NCBI GenBank assembly: GCA_043802525.1
Contig: JAZDKY010000075.1
Coordinates: 267 to 64,266 of the forward strand
From: a bacterium
Lineage (GTDB): Bacteria > Verrucomicrobiota > Kiritimatiellia > CAIVKH01
Direction: 5' to 3'
Length of the DNA: 64,000 bases
How positions within the stretch are numbered: the stretch's first letter is position 1; each line of letters starts with the position of its first letter. Shown here piece after piece: positions 1 to 9,503 of the stretch. The translations under genes and the position numbers were made by a program. Under the pieces are notes generated by a model. The model was not told the origin of the DNA. It was given only the letters and a program-made list of their open reading frames with translations, and searched no databases.

Positions 1-1
1 C

Positions 2-307
2 ATCTCCTTCGAGATCAAGACCCGGAAGCCGCTATCGGTCGGCGAGCAGGTCTTTGTCACCGGCAACATCAACATGCTTGGCAACTGGCATCCGGACGGC
101 TTCCCGCTGACCCGCATGGGCGAGAACCTCTGGTTTGGCTCCGCGATTGTCCCCGCCGCCGCGAACGCGGAGTTCAAGGTCACGCGTGGCTCGTGGGACG
201 ACGAGGAGATTCTCGAGGACGGTTCTCCACCACCCAACGGAACGATCCGCGCCAGCGGTGATGCCATGGTCCGGAAACTCATCTTCGGCTGGAAAGACGG
301 GATGTAG
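2..307 (+). CDS. 3' partial CDS; the C-terminus has a CBM20-like starch-binding module and the gene starts upstream of the window
   Basis: Frame-2 translation ISFEIKTRKPLSVGEQVFVTGNINMLGNWHPDG...WFGSAIVP...EFKVTRGSWDD matches the CBM20 pattern (G.LGNW, K.T.GSWD). Stop at 305-307. Confidence 0.5.
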   Translation: MSFEIKTRKPLSVGEQVFVTGNINMLGNWHPDGFPLTRMGENLWFGSAIVPAAANAEFKVTRGSWDDEEILEDGSPPPNGTIRASGDAMVRKLIFGWKDGM

Positions 308-333
308 GGACCGACAGCTCCGCCTTCGCCGAG

Positions 334-386
334 GCGCACGCATCGCAGACGCGTGGCTACACCGGATGGCTGCGCTGTGTAGCCGC
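334..386. repeat. REP-like imperfect palindrome GCGCACGCATCG[CT]AGA[CT]GCGTGGCTACAC plus GTGTAGCCGCGGCTC; second copy at 2128-2180, partial at 3105-3125
   Basis: Near-identical 28-nt palindromic strings downstream of genes at 335-362 and 2157-2184. TGTAGCCGCGGC recurs three times. Confidence 0.5.
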
Positions 387-479
387 GGCTCCCCTCCAAT
401 CGCCACGCTTGACCGTTCCCGCGTGCCTTCATAGACTGCCCGCTCCAAATCGAGCACGACCAAGGAGATAGGTGGAACT

Positions 480-1205
480 ATGGCTACGGAAGCAGGCATG
501 AAGGAATCGTCGGGGAAGCAGGCGGAAGGGTCGACGGGGACCTATGCAATCCTGTTTGAGATCGAAAACGTGGCCGCCGGAGGACGTCCGGCAACCTTCA
601 ACGCGGTGAAGAAGGCACTCGGTGATGTCAGCGCGAAGCTGACGCCGTCCGATTTCGCGCGACACGCGCTGCAACCCTCGCCCGACATGTACATGGAAAC
701 GCTTCTGCAGGTGACCGATGCGAAGGATGCATCTGCCGACAAGGTGGCAGCGACCGCCAAGGAAAGCCTCTCTGATTATTTCCAGAGCAAGGCAGAATTG
801 GACCCCGGCCTCTCCAAGCTGGCTCAGGCGGCGAAGTCCCGCGACGTGGCGATCGGCGTGATCAGCGGCCTCAGCGACGAAGCGTCGGAGCAGCTCATGA
901 CGAAGCTCCAGCTCTCCGCGACGGGCGCGAAAATGCTCGTCGTGAAGGACCTTGAGAAGGGGTACCCCCGCGCGGATTCGTGGCTCAAGGTCGCGAAGCA
1001 GATCAACCGCGCCCCGCGGAACTGTATCGTTGTCACCTCGTGCCAGACTGCGTGCAAGTCCGCCCTGAACGCGGGCATGCGTTGTATCGTCGTGACCGAC
1101 GAATACACCTCGCACCAGGACTTCAGCGGCGCGGACCTTGTCCTCGACAACTGGGAAGAGATGAGCGCCAAGGACATCCTCGACGCACTGATGCCGGATG
1201 CATAG
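480..1205 (+). CDS. HAD-superfamily hydrolase (beta-phosphoglucomutase-like)
   Basis: 241 aa. N-terminal AILFEIENVA and C-terminal VVTDEYTSHQDFSGADLVLDNW resemble the HAD fold. RBS-like GGAGATAGGTGG lies upstream. Confidence 0.5.
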   Translation: MATEAGMKESSGKQAEGSTGTYAILFEIENVAAGGRPATFNAVKKALGDVSAKLTPSDFARHALQPSPDMYMETLLQVTDAKDASADKVAATAKESLSDYFQSKAELDPGLSKLAQAAKSRDVAIGVISGLSDEASEQLMTKLQLSATGAKMLVVKDLEKGYPRADSWLKVAKQINRAPRNCIVVTSCQTACKSALNAGMRCIVVTDEYTSHQDFSGADLVLDNWEEMSAKDILDALMPDA

Positions 1206-1281
1206 CCATGGAGCGGCGAAGCTTGCTTCGCCGGGGACAAGGCGGCGGCAAGCCGCCGCACTCCACAGGAAAGCTTGACCC

Positions 1282-2127
1282 TTGCCTGCCGAACCCAAGA
1301 AATCCGTACCGCCACCGACGCTTCCAAAGCCTATCGACCGTCTGCTCGAGATCATGCGCATCCTGCGCTCTCCGCAGGGCTGCCCGTGGGATCACAAGCA
1401 GACGCTCCAGACCCTCAAGGAACACCTCGTCGAGGAAAGTCACGAGGTGCTCGACGCGATCGATAGCGGTGACCGCGACAAGCTTTGCGACGAACTCGGC
1501 GACCTGCTGCTACAGGTCGTGTTTCAGGCCCAGGTGTGTTCCGAGGAGGGGGCTTTTACGTTTGACGACGTGGCCGCGGCGATCTCCGACAAGCTGATCC
1601 GCCGCCATCCGCACGTCTTCGGCGACGTCCATGTCAGTGGCGCGGACGAGGTGCTCAAGAACTGGGAGCAGATCAAGAAGGACGAGAAGGGCGACCCGCC
1701 TTCGCTGGGAAGCTCCGGCGCGGCAGGCCCGCCGAGGTCCACGCTCGAAGGCATCCCGAAGAGCCTGCCCGCGCTGCACAAGGCACACCTGGTCCAGAAA
1801 CGGGTCGCCCGCGTCGGGTTTGACTGGGAAAACGTCGGTGGAGCGCTCGGGAAACTCGACGAAGAAGTCGGCGAAGTCCGCGAGGCCGTCCAGTCGGGCG
1901 ATGAGAAAAAAATCGGTGAGGAGCTGGGCGACGTCCTGTTTGCCGCGGTCAATGTCAGCCGGTTCTTCGGCCGTAACCCGGAGGATCTGCTGCACCAGAC
2001 CATCGCCAAATTCACACGGCGTTTCCAGGTCATCGAGGAAACCGTTCACGCGCGGGGGAAGAAGATGACGGATTGCACCTTGGCCGAACTCGACGAGATC
2101 TGGGAAGAGGCGAAGAGGGAAGAGTGA
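1282..2127 (+). CDS. mazG: Nucleoside triphosphate pyrophosphohydrolase MazG
   Basis: IDRLLEIMRILRSPQGCPWDHKQTLQTLKEHLVEESHEV...HPHVFGD and a second EEVGEV..ELGDVLF repeat are the tandem MazG-domain signature. Confidence 0.8.
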   Translation: MPAEPKKSVPPPTLPKPIDRLLEIMRILRSPQGCPWDHKQTLQTLKEHLVEESHEVLDAIDSGDRDKLCDELGDLLLQVVFQAQVCSEEGAFTFDDVAAAISDKLIRRHPHVFGDVHVSGADEVLKNWEQIKKDEKGDPPSLGSSGAAGPPRSTLEGIPKSLPALHKAHLVQKRVARVGFDWENVGGALGKLDEEVGEVREAVQSGDEKKIGEELGDVLFAAVNVSRFFGRNPEDLLHQTIAKFTRRFQVIEETVHARGKKMTDCTLAELDEIWEEAKREE

Positions 2128-2178
2128 CCGGTGTAGCCGCGGCTCTATGAGCCGCGCGCACGCATCGTAGATGCGTGG

Positions 2179-2997
2179 CTACACTTTCTCCGGATACTCC
2201 AGATCCCCGCGGAACACATGCGTCGCCGGGCCGCACAGCGTGACATCGGTGGCGCTGTCGGCCGTCGACGTGTAGTTCACTTCCAGAACGTCGCCGCTCA
2301 GCGGCCTCACCTTGATCGGGGTTGTGACGAGCCCCAGCTTTCCCGCGAGGAGGCCGCAGGCGGTGATGCCCGTTCCGCAGGCGAGGGTCTCGCTCTCGAC
2401 GCCGCGTTCGTACGTGCGCACGATGAGGGAGTTCGGGCCTGTCACCTTGACGAAGTTCGCGTTGGTGCCGTTCGGTTGGAAAGCCTTGTCGTAGCGGATC
2501 AGTTCGCCGATCCGGTCGACGTCAAAGGTTGTAAGGTTCCTGACCGGTATCATGACGTGGGGCACGCCGCAAACGACGTAGTGGTACGTGACCTGTTCGC
2601 CGTCGATCATCAGCGTACCGTTCAGACGCCAATCCTTTGGCTCCGTCATGCGGAGCCGGACCTGGTCGGTCTGGACCTCGGCGCGCACGATGCCGGCGCC
2701 TGTTTCCATGCTGAGGCTCGCAGGAGCCACACCGATCTCGTGGGCGAGGCGGGCGATGCAGCGCGCGCCGTTGCCGCACATGTCGACCTCGCCGCCGTCA
2801 GGGTTGAAAAACCGCATGCGGAAATCCGCCGTCCCGGACGGTTGGATCAGGAGGATGCCTTCCGCTCCAATGCCCGTTCGGCGTTGCATGATTTTCGCGA
2901 GCCACTGCTGGTTGTGGGCGGGAAATGTGAGTTCACGGTCATCCACAAGGATGAAGTCATTCAACGCGCCGTGCATTTTCCAGAATGGGATTTGCAT
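2179..2997 (-). CDS. dapF: Diaminopimelate epimerase
   Basis: 272 aa. NPDGGEVDMCGNGARC and ETLACGTGITA are the two DapF active-site Cys motifs. Confidence 0.9.
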   Translation of the reverse strand: MQIPFWKMHGALNDFILVDDRELTFPAHNQQWLAKIMQRRTGIGAEGILLIQPSGTADFRMRFFNPDGGEVDMCGNGARCIARLAHEIGVAPASLSMETGAGIVRAEVQTDQVRLRMTEPKDWRLNGTLMIDGEQVTYHYVVCGVPHVMIPVRNLTTFDVDRIGELIRYDKAFQPNGTNANFVKVTGPNSLIVRTYERGVESETLACGTGITACGLLAGKLGLVTTPIKVRPLSGDVLEVNYTSTADSATDVTLCGPATHVFRGDLEYPEKV

Positions 2998-3245
2998 GGG
3001 GGAGAATCTACCTCATGCAGGATAAATGCGCAACCCGACGGCGCGGTTCATTCATGAACGCGTCGACGTTCATGAATAAACCGGGCTAAAGCTGTTTAGG
3101 GAAAACTGTAGCCGCGGCGCTTGCTGCTCTGCGAAGTAACGAAGCTCCTTCGCTACGTAGCACGAGCGGTCGCCGCGTTGTTATTCGCCCCGACTGAGCG
3201 GGGCGGCCACAACAAACAGGCGACGACGAAATCTACTAACCCGAT

Positions 3246-4592
3246 CTAGTCGTGGGCGTCCTTGGCGGCTTCCACTGCAGCGGCGGCGGCCTGATGTTCC
3301 GGCCGGTGCGGGGCGTGGGGGTGCCAGCCGACGGTGTAGAACATCACGATGAAGCCGGCGATATATGCTGCCGTGACATGCCATCCGCCCTTCAGCCAGG
3401 CACCGACCGACTTGGCTTCGTGGTAGATGTTGGAGATCGCGACACCGGCGGAGGAGCCGAACCAGACCATCGATCCTCCGAACCCGACGGCGTAGGCGAG
3501 AAAACCCCAGTCGAAGCCGCCCTGCTCGAGGGCTAGTTTCGTGAGCGGGATATTGTCGAATACTGCGGAGACGAAGCCCAGCGTCAGCGCGCTCTGCCAA
3601 CTCGCGGCCGGCAGCGTTTCGACCGGCATCATGGATGCGCAGGTCACGAGCGAGAGCAGGAAGATGCTGCCGCGCAAAGCCCCGGGGAGGCTGCTCCAGT
3701 GCGGGCGGCGGATGAGTGCGGTGGCGAAGATGGCCACCCACACGGCGGCGCCGATCCAGGGGAACAGGTCGGCCATGTTGTTGAACTTCACGTTGATGGT
3801 TACATTGGTGCCGATGGCCGCGACGAGGATCGTGGCCACGATGCCGAGGCGCGCCATGTCGATCGACTCTTTCGAGACGGCGTCGGCCGCGATGGGGTGG
3901 AATCTCTGCTGTTGTAGCGCTGCGACGATCCCGCTCACGAGGAGGGCCACTGCAGCCGCGAGATAGGCGTGGAGTACGTCGAACGGGCTGACGCCATCGA
4001 TCCACATCATGGTCGTGGTTGTGTCGCCGACCACGCTGCCGGCGCCGCCGGCGTTGCTGGCGGCGACGATGCCCGCGATGTAACCGATGTGAACCTTGCC
4101 CTTGAATACGCTGGCGGCGATGGTGCCGCCGATCATCGCGGCGGCGATGTTGTCGAGAAAGCTGGAGAGGACGAACACGATGACAAGCAGGGCGAAGGGC
4201 CCCTTCCAGTCATCGGGCAGGAAGCGCGGCAGATGGGCGGGCACCTTGCTCGCGGAGAAGTGGTGGGAGAGGATGTCGAAGCCGAGCAGGAGGCAAAGCA
4301 GGTTCGCGAGGATGACCCACTCGCGATTCAGGTGGCCGATGAGACCCATAATCCCGGGTCCCGCATGAAAGCCCGTGAAGACAAGCTTGTAGGTGGTGAT
4401 GACCGCGACGCCCGTCAGCGCCACCTGCAGGGTCTTGTGATGAAACAGCGCGACGCCGAGGAGGGTCAGGCCAAAGAGGATGAATTCAACGCGAATGCCC
4501 GCGACGGTCGGTGCGGCTCCGCCGGTCGAAGCCAGCAGCGTCATGGGAGCTGCCAGCAGGAAGGCGAGGGCGGGTATGAAGAATTTTTTCAT
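3246..4592 (-). CDS. ArsB/NhaD-family ion transporter (putative Na+/H+ antiporter NhaD)
   Basis: Polytopic membrane protein with the duplicated FLDNIAAAMIGG / VFDNIPLT motifs of NhaD/ArsB permeases. Start placed at MKKFFIPALAFLLAA (signal-like); the ORF upstream of that is a read-through. Confidence 0.65.
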   Translation of the reverse strand: MKKFFIPALAFLLAAPMTLLASTGGAAPTVAGIRVEFILFGLTLLGVALFHHKTLQVALTGVAVITTYKLVFTGFHAGPGIMGLIGHLNREWVILANLLCLLLGFDILSHHFSASKVPAHLPRFLPDDWKGPFALLVIVFVLSSFLDNIAAAMIGGTIAASVFKGKVHIGYIAGIVAASNAGGAGSVVGDTTTTMMWIDGVSPFDVLHAYLAAAVALLVSGIVAALQQQRFHPIAADAVSKESIDMARLGIVATILVAAIGTNVTINVKFNNMADLFPWIGAAVWVAIFATALIRRPHWSSLPGALRGSIFLLSLVTCASMMPVETLPAASWQSALTLGFVSAVFDNIPLTKLALEQGGFDWGFLAYAVGFGGSMVWFGSSAGVAISNIYHEAKSVGAWLKGGWHVTAAYIAGFIVMFYTVGWHPHAPHRPEHQAAAAAVEAAKDAHD

Positions 4593-4665
4593 GGACTCAG
4601 AACACTCCGTGCGAATCGTTGTTATTGATGGTTGAAGAGCCATCGTTTATGCATAACGGGAAGGC

Positions 4666-5928
4666 TTGCTTCAATCCTTAACCGTCATTCATGCTGTCAT
4701 GACCATGGACCTACAATCCCTTTTTGCGGAGCGTATCGGTGGTGCTAAGTTCGGCGCCTCGAACGAGATATACAAGTTCGAGAAGATCAAGCGCGCCAAG
4801 GCCGCCGCGTTGGAGGCCCGGCCGGATCTCGAACTGCTCGATTTCGGCGTCGGCGAACCGGACCAGATGGCCCCTGCGGCGATCCGCGAGGCGTTAAAGA
4901 TGGCGGTCGACGATCCGGCCAATCGTGGCTACGCGGACAACGGGATACGCGACTTCAAGCTTGCCGCGGCCGACTACATGAAGAAGTTCTTCGGGGTGGC
5001 GGACCTCAATCCCGACACGGAAATCAACCACAGTATCGGCTCGAAGCCGGCGCTGGCCATGCTCCCGCTTTGCTTCGTGAACCCGGGCGACGTCGTTCTG
5101 CTGACCGTGCCGGGTTACCCCGTGCTCGGCACGCACGCGAAATACCTCGGTGGCGACGTGGTCAAGATTCCGCTCCGGCGCGAGGACGCGTTTTTGCCGG
5201 ACCTGAAGGCCATTCCGGCGGACGTCGCGAAGCGGGCGAAGTTGTTCTACGTCAATTATCCGAACAACCCGACCGGTGCGGCTCCGACGGTGGCGTTCTT
5301 CGACGAGCTCATTGCGTATGCGCAAGAACACAACATCCTTATCGTGCAGGACGCGGCGTATGCGACGCTCACCTACGGAAGGGAGCGTCTCTCGATCCTC
5401 GCGAGGCCGGGCGGCAAGGACGTTGCGATCGAACTGCACTCGATGAGCAAGAGCTACAACATGACCGGGTGGCGGCTCGGCTTCGTGGCGGGTCCGGCCC
5501 GCGCGGTGCAGGCGTTTGCCGAGGTGAAGGACAATTGCGACTCGGGCCAGTTCAAAGCGATCCAGCACGCGGCCTGCGCGGGCATCGCGGACGTGAAGCT
5601 GTCCGAGGCGATCCGCGAACACTACAGGGCCCGGCTCGAAAAAATGGTGGCGGTCCTGCGCCGCGCCGGGTTCGATGCCCGGATGCCCGGCGGCACGTTC
5701 TTCATGTACATGCCCGCCCCGCGCGGCGCGGGGCACGTCGCCTTCGGGAGCGCGGAGGAGGCGTCGCAGTTCCTGATCCGCGAATGTTCGGTGTCGACCG
5801 TGCCGTGGGACGACGTCGGCAGTTTCCTGCGGTTCTCGGCGACGTTTGAATCGAAGGGCGATGCGGACGACGACCGCGTGCTGGCGGAACTGGAGAGACG
5901 GCTGAAAGCCGCGAAGCTCAGATTCTGA
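4666..5928 (+). CDS. dapL: LL-diaminopimelate aminotransferase (DapL-type PLP aminotransferase); alternative starts at 4699 or 4705
   Basis: FGASNEIYKFEKIKRAKAAALEARPDLELLDFGVGEPD, NYPNNPTG and SMSKSYNMTGWRLG (PLP lysine) are typical of DapL. It sits next to dapF. Confidence 0.8.
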   Translation: MLQSLTVIHAVMTMDLQSLFAERIGGAKFGASNEIYKFEKIKRAKAAALEARPDLELLDFGVGEPDQMAPAAIREALKMAVDDPANRGYADNGIRDFKLAAADYMKKFFGVADLNPDTEINHSIGSKPALAMLPLCFVNPGDVVLLTVPGYPVLGTHAKYLGGDVVKIPLRREDAFLPDLKAIPADVAKRAKLFYVNYPNNPTGAAPTVAFFDELIAYAQEHNILIVQDAAYATLTYGRERLSILARPGGKDVAIELHSMSKSYNMTGWRLGFVAGPARAVQAFAEVKDNCDSGQFKAIQHAACAGIADVKLSEAIREHYRARLEKMVAVLRRAGFDARMPGGTFFMYMPAPRGAGHVAFGSAEEASQFLIRECSVSTVPWDDVGSFLRFSATFESKGDADDDRVLAELERRLKAAKLRF

Positions 5929-5929
5929 T

Positions 5930-6050
5930 GGGAACCACGAAAAACACGAAAGACACGAAAATTCCAGGCGTTGGAAAGTTAAGAGCGGGAAATTCCAATC
6001 GTTGAAAATTCTTTCGTGTATTTCGTGTATTTCGTGGTTCAAATTCCGGA
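5930..6050. repeat. MITE-like palindromic element with (CACGAAA)n inverted termini
   Basis: CCACGAAAAACACGAAAGACACGAAAA ... TTTTCGTGTATTTCGTGTATTTCGTGG. The core holds an internal palindrome TTCCAGGCGTTGGAAA/TTCCAATCGTTGAAAA. A related core occurs at 57893-57945. Confidence 0.6.
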
Positions 6051-6057
6051 GATCACT

Positions 6058-6471
6058 ATGATCAGGAAACTATTCAGCGCGAAGGCGGGGAGGCAGATTT
6101 CGATTTTCATCGAGAACCGGCCGGGCAGCCTCGCCGAGGTCATCGACCTGCTGGGGGCGAACGGGATCAACATGATCGCGCTGTCGCTTTCCGAAGGCTT
6201 GGACCTCGGCTACCTGCGCATCGTGGTGGACAATCACGAAGAAGCGAAGAAGATCCTGCATGCCAAGGGCCATCTCGTGCTGGACCGCGACATCATCCTC
6301 GTTGAAGTCGCGAACGAACCCGGCGGCCTCGCCAGCGCGATCGACAAGCTCGTGCAGGCGCAGATCAATGTGGAATATGCCTACAGCGCGAACAGCCTGA
6401 AAAACGACCACAGCCTGATCGTCATCAGGGTTGGCGATGCGGCCAAGGCGTTGAAGGTTGTTGAGGCGTAA
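6058..6471 (+). CDS. ACT domain-containing protein
   Basis: Two ACT-like segments (ISIFIENRPGSLAEVIDLL...; IILVEVANEPGGLASAIDKL). Start chosen at MIRKLF. Confidence 0.55.
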   Translation: MIRKLFSAKAGRQISIFIENRPGSLAEVIDLLGANGINMIALSLSEGLDLGYLRIVVDNHEEAKKILHAKGHLVLDRDIILVEVANEPGGLASAIDKLVQAQINVEYAYSANSLKNDHSLIVIRVGDAAKALKVVEA

Positions 6472-6549
6472 TACCCAATCGTCCTCGCTTGCCTCGCCGT
6501 TGCTCGGAGAAGGCGAGTTCTCGTCGTCCTCGAAGGATCGCGCGACTCG

Positions 6550-7185
6550 TTATTTATCGTTTTTAGGATCGACCCCAATCGGCCCCGCGCCAACCGCCTT
6601 CTTGTTGTTCTTCCACCAGTCTTCCCATCCAGAAAGGTCTCGGACACCGCCATCGAGAACGGCGCGGTAAATGTCGGTGCTCTTGATTTCCTGTCTATAG
6701 TTCGGGCGTGTGCACAGCTCGGCCTTGATGAGAAGAATGGCATCTCGGGCGCTGGTCGTCAGTTCCAAGACGAGTTCTCTGCCCGGGGCAATCGTTTGTG
6801 CCACGAGTTCGGGAGAGCCCAGGAGAATGTCCACTTTCCAGATTTCGCGGTCAGCGTGAAGGAACTCTGTGCAGACGAAGACAGCCTTCGGATTCCCTTC
6901 CGTCATCAGCACGTGTTCATTGCGGATGTAGATGCTGGCGACAGCGTTGCTCTTGCAAATCTGTGCCACAATCTCAGATGCAATGAGCATCGGTTCGCCG
7001 GCTATGGGCAGACAGATATCGAGATCACGCCAGGTCATCAGATCGTAGAAGTAGCTGCCCGTGAAGGTCACTGTACCGTGCTTCGCGAGTACCGCTCGAA
7101 GATTCGTCTCAACAAGAAGCTGATCGGCTTCCCGTTTCAGCGCCGCTGCTTGTTCATGTGGTGTTGTCATTATCCGCTGGCTCAA
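6550..7185 (-). CDS. Nucleotidyltransferase-fold protein (Pol-beta superfamily), function unknown
   Basis: TGSYFYDLMTWRDLDI fits the hG[GS]x9-13DxD NTase motif. The region has lower GC than its flanks. Confidence 0.4.
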   Translation of the reverse strand: MSQRIMTTPHEQAAALKREADQLLVETNLRAVLAKHGTVTFTGSYFYDLMTWRDLDICLPIAGEPMLIASEIVAQICKSNAVASIYIRNEHVLMTEGNPKAVFVCTEFLHADREIWKVDILLGSPELVAQTIAPGRELVLELTTSARDAILLIKAELCTRPNYRQEIKSTDIYRAVLDGGVRDLSGWEDWWKNNKKAVGAGPIGVDPKNDK

Positions 7186-7225
7186 CGTCCGGCCTCAGTA
7201 ACCTGGACGCCGTGGTCGTGCGTCC

Positions 7226-7954
7226 CTATCTCCTTTGTGAGGTCTCCCGCCACGAATAGGGTGGCCCCGCGCTTCGCGCCTTCAAATTCTTGTAAAGAAT
7301 CTCCAGCGCTGTCCCCGCTGTTGGAGTTTCGATATCCATCTGTACTTTGGTGATGGGCGCAATCTCGCCCTCATACTTCACAGTGCCGACCTTCCTATTG
7401 TCGACAAAATAGGCGATCAGAGACTCTGTTCTATTGAGCACGACCCGCATCTTATGGAATCGCTGTGTCTCATCACCAAATCCCGCCACGTTGCGCTTCT
7501 CCCCCTTGACCGTCGCGGGAATGTTCATCCAACGGGTCTGGATGATGTACTGTCCTTCTCCGTTTGACCCCTCGAAATACAGGCACAGAGGACCGTCTGT
7601 GTCCCTTTCGCCAGCGACGATCCCCCACAGGGCGATTAGCTGATAACCTTGACTCTTGGCTATCTTGAAATCACCCGAGATCTCAATCATCGCCCGGTTG
7701 TCGTTGGTCACCGACAAAACGATGTGATTGCCCTTCCATCGGGTGTCACTGGAGACACCGGCGAATCGACCAACACCATCCTGAACCGACCACTTCAAAC
7801 CCGGGTCTGTTTCTATCAGCGAGGTGTTGTGTGTCTCGCGATCGTCAAACCGGCCTTCTGCCGCTGTGCGCCAAGTTGCACAGCCAGTGAAAATGGGTAG
7901 GGTGAGCAAGAGAAACATCCCGAACACACGGCAAACAGAATCTTTCACATGCAT
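7226..7954 (-). CDS. Lipoprotein, function unknown
   Basis: Signal/lipobox MFLLLTLPIFTGC. Start at MHVKDSV with RBS AAGGAA. Lower GC. Confidence 0.5.
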   Translation of the reverse strand: MHVKDSVCRVFGMFLLLTLPIFTGCATWRTAAEGRFDDRETHNTSLIETDPGLKWSVQDGVGRFAGVSSDTRWKGNHIVLSVTNDNRAMIEISGDFKIAKSQGYQLIALWGIVAGERDTDGPLCLYFEGSNGEGQYIIQTRWMNIPATVKGEKRNVAGFGDETQRFHKMRVVLNRTESLIAYFVDNRKVGTVKYEGEIAPITKVQMDIETPTAGTALEILYKNLKARSAGPPYSWRETSQRR

Positions 7955-7986
7955 TCCTTTCTGATGTTCGGTATTCCACAGGTAAA

Positions 7987-8253
7987 TCATTCGTAGTGTG
8001 TCCACATGCGGAGCACTTTTACGACGTTGTCCTGCTTGAGAAGCTGGTAGACCAAGCGATTATGGATGTTGATTCGTCGCGAGCAGGCACCCGTCAGATC
8101 ACCGATGAGCTTTTCGTGGGGTGGCGGATTCCGGAAGGGATTCGTTGCGAGGACTTCAAGGAGCTTCTGGGCTTGTGATCGCAAACCCGCGTGCGCAATT
8201 CGCTTGGCATCCTTTTGCGCCTGCCTGGTGAACAGAACGGTCCAAGCGCTCAC
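7987..8253 (-). CDS. yoeB: Type II toxin YoeB/Txe family (mRNA interferase)
   Basis: 88 aa. The C-terminus ...NRLVYQL...VVKVLRMWTHYE is the YoeB signature. It overlaps the upstream antitoxin by 4 nt. Confidence 0.85.
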   Translation of the reverse strand: MSAWTVLFTRQAQKDAKRIAHAGLRSQAQKLLEVLATNPFRNPPPHEKLIGDLTGACSRRINIHNRLVYQLLKQDNVVKVLRMWTHYE

Positions 8254-8492
8254 CAGCCGGGTTCCCGTGAGCAGTTCTTCGTGGAAGTCTTCATGCCTTC
8301 GACGATCGATTTGCGCATGCCGGGAATCGAGACAAGGTGCAGCGTTTCCTGTATGGAGCGCCAGTCACTCCCGGAAAGCAGGACCGCATCGGACCGCTTA
8401 CCGGTGATTTGAACGGGCTCATGGGAATCAGAAACTTGATCAATCAAGGCGTAGAGCCTGGTGCGCGCTTTGGTTGCAGTTATCGTTGTCAT
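8250..8492 (-). CDS. yefM: Type II antitoxin YefM/Phd family
   Basis: MTTITATKARTRLYALIDQVSDSHEPVQITGKRSDAVLLSGSDWRSIQETLHL is a typical Phd/YefM. It is translationally coupled to yoeB. Confidence 0.85.
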   Translation of the reverse strand: MTTITATKARTRLYALIDQVSDSHEPVQITGKRSDAVLLSGSDWRSIQETLHLVSIPGMRKSIVEGMKTSTKNCSREPGW

Positions 8493-8925
8493 GGCTTTCC
8501 TTGGCATCCGTACGGAATAACGTACGTTGATGGCCCATCCGCGTCAAGTCCGCCCGCGTCGCACAGCCATGTGCTTCAGAAATATCGCGACCTGTGCCGC
8601 TGTATCGCCGGCGCCTTATCGGAAGCGGTGTTGTGGATGCGCGCTTTGCGCACAACCATGCAACATCTCGGAATAGGCGGGAGGGCTGGTCCGCTCTGGC
8701 CGGACGGGTATGTGGAGATGCAGGATCTGGCGAGCGAGCAAGTTCTTCGCAACCTCGTACCCGAGCACGCCGTCCGTAAATTCCATACTGGACCGATTCC
8801 TTGATAACGCGCTGCTTCTCTTCCGCAGTCAGCGTTTTCTTGGCGATGAGATCGAGGACGTATGCAGACTTCGTTTTGGCGGCCTCGAGATCCTGGCCCA
8901 TGCGATGTCGCTCCGGAGTTTCTGT

Positions 8926-9486
8926 CTAGCTCCTGGAAAAGCGGTATGTGGCGCTTCGTTCCTTGACGTGGAAGCCGATTTGCTTCCGCGACGGCTGTGC
9001 CGGCATCAGAAGCTCGCGCATTTTCTCGTAAAGATCACGCAGGGCTGCATCATGCTCGAGCAGGGTCCCGTCCACGTGGTCGAGTCTTTTCAAGAGTTCC
9101 GCATTGGTGAGCGCGGTCTCGCGCAATCGCACGAAGGCGCGAATCAGGAAAATGCTCATCGTGACGGCACGGTCACTGTTCAGCACATTGGCCGCCATCA
9201 GCGCGCCGTGCTCGGTGAAAACGAGGGGCAACTTGCGCGTACCACCATGGCCCAAACTTGAAGTCGCAATTTGCGACTTCAAGTTTGTAACCTCTTTATG
9301 GACAAGCTGAAACGCAAACTCATCCGGGAACTTTTTGCGGTTGCGCTTCACTTGTTCGTTCAGTCGCCTAGTGGTGACTCCATACCACCGCGCCAAGTCC
9401 GAATCGAGGATTACCCGCTGCCCGCGGATGACGTGAATCATCTGTTGAGCTTCCTCCATGACGGGTTCGGGCAGGGGGTCTTTCAT
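8926..9486 (-). CDS. ORF6N (KilA-N-like) domain protein, phage anti-repressor-like
   Basis: 186 aa starting MKDPLPEPV. RVILDSDLARWYGVTTRRLNEQVKRNRKKFPDEFAFQL is the ORF6N motif. The upstream two-thirds of the 411-aa ORF are Arg-rich antisense read-through of potD. Confidence 0.7.
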   Translation of the reverse strand: MKDPLPEPVMEEAQQMIHVIRGQRVILDSDLARWYGVTTRRLNEQVKRNRKKFPDEFAFQLVHKEVTNLKSQIATSSLGHGGTRKLPLVFTEHGALMAANVLNSDRAVTMSIFLIRAFVRLRETALTNAELLKRLDHVDGTLLEHDAALRDLYEKMRELLMPAQPSRKQIGFHVKERSATYRFSRS

Positions 9487-9503
9487 CTTGCACTTTCCTC
9501 GTT

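Noticed and set aside
429-1361. Long Arg/Pro-rich ORFs on the strand opposite to real genes (also 3181-4005, 9930-10930, 12339-13601, 19026-19676, 35846-36290 region, 58242-58949, 63006-63929 and others)
   Set aside because: They are typical antisense read-through in a 65%-GC genome. They have low-complexity RGRP composition and no motifs, and fully overlap well-supported genes on the other strand.
8440-8901. 153-aa minus-strand ORF
   Set aside because: Only the first 44 codons (MGQDLEAAKTKSAYVLDLIAKKTLTAEEKQRVIKESVQYGIY) look protein-like, then the frame degenerates. A +1 shift gives a further plausible 55 aa, so it may be a frameshifted small gene. It was not called as a feature.
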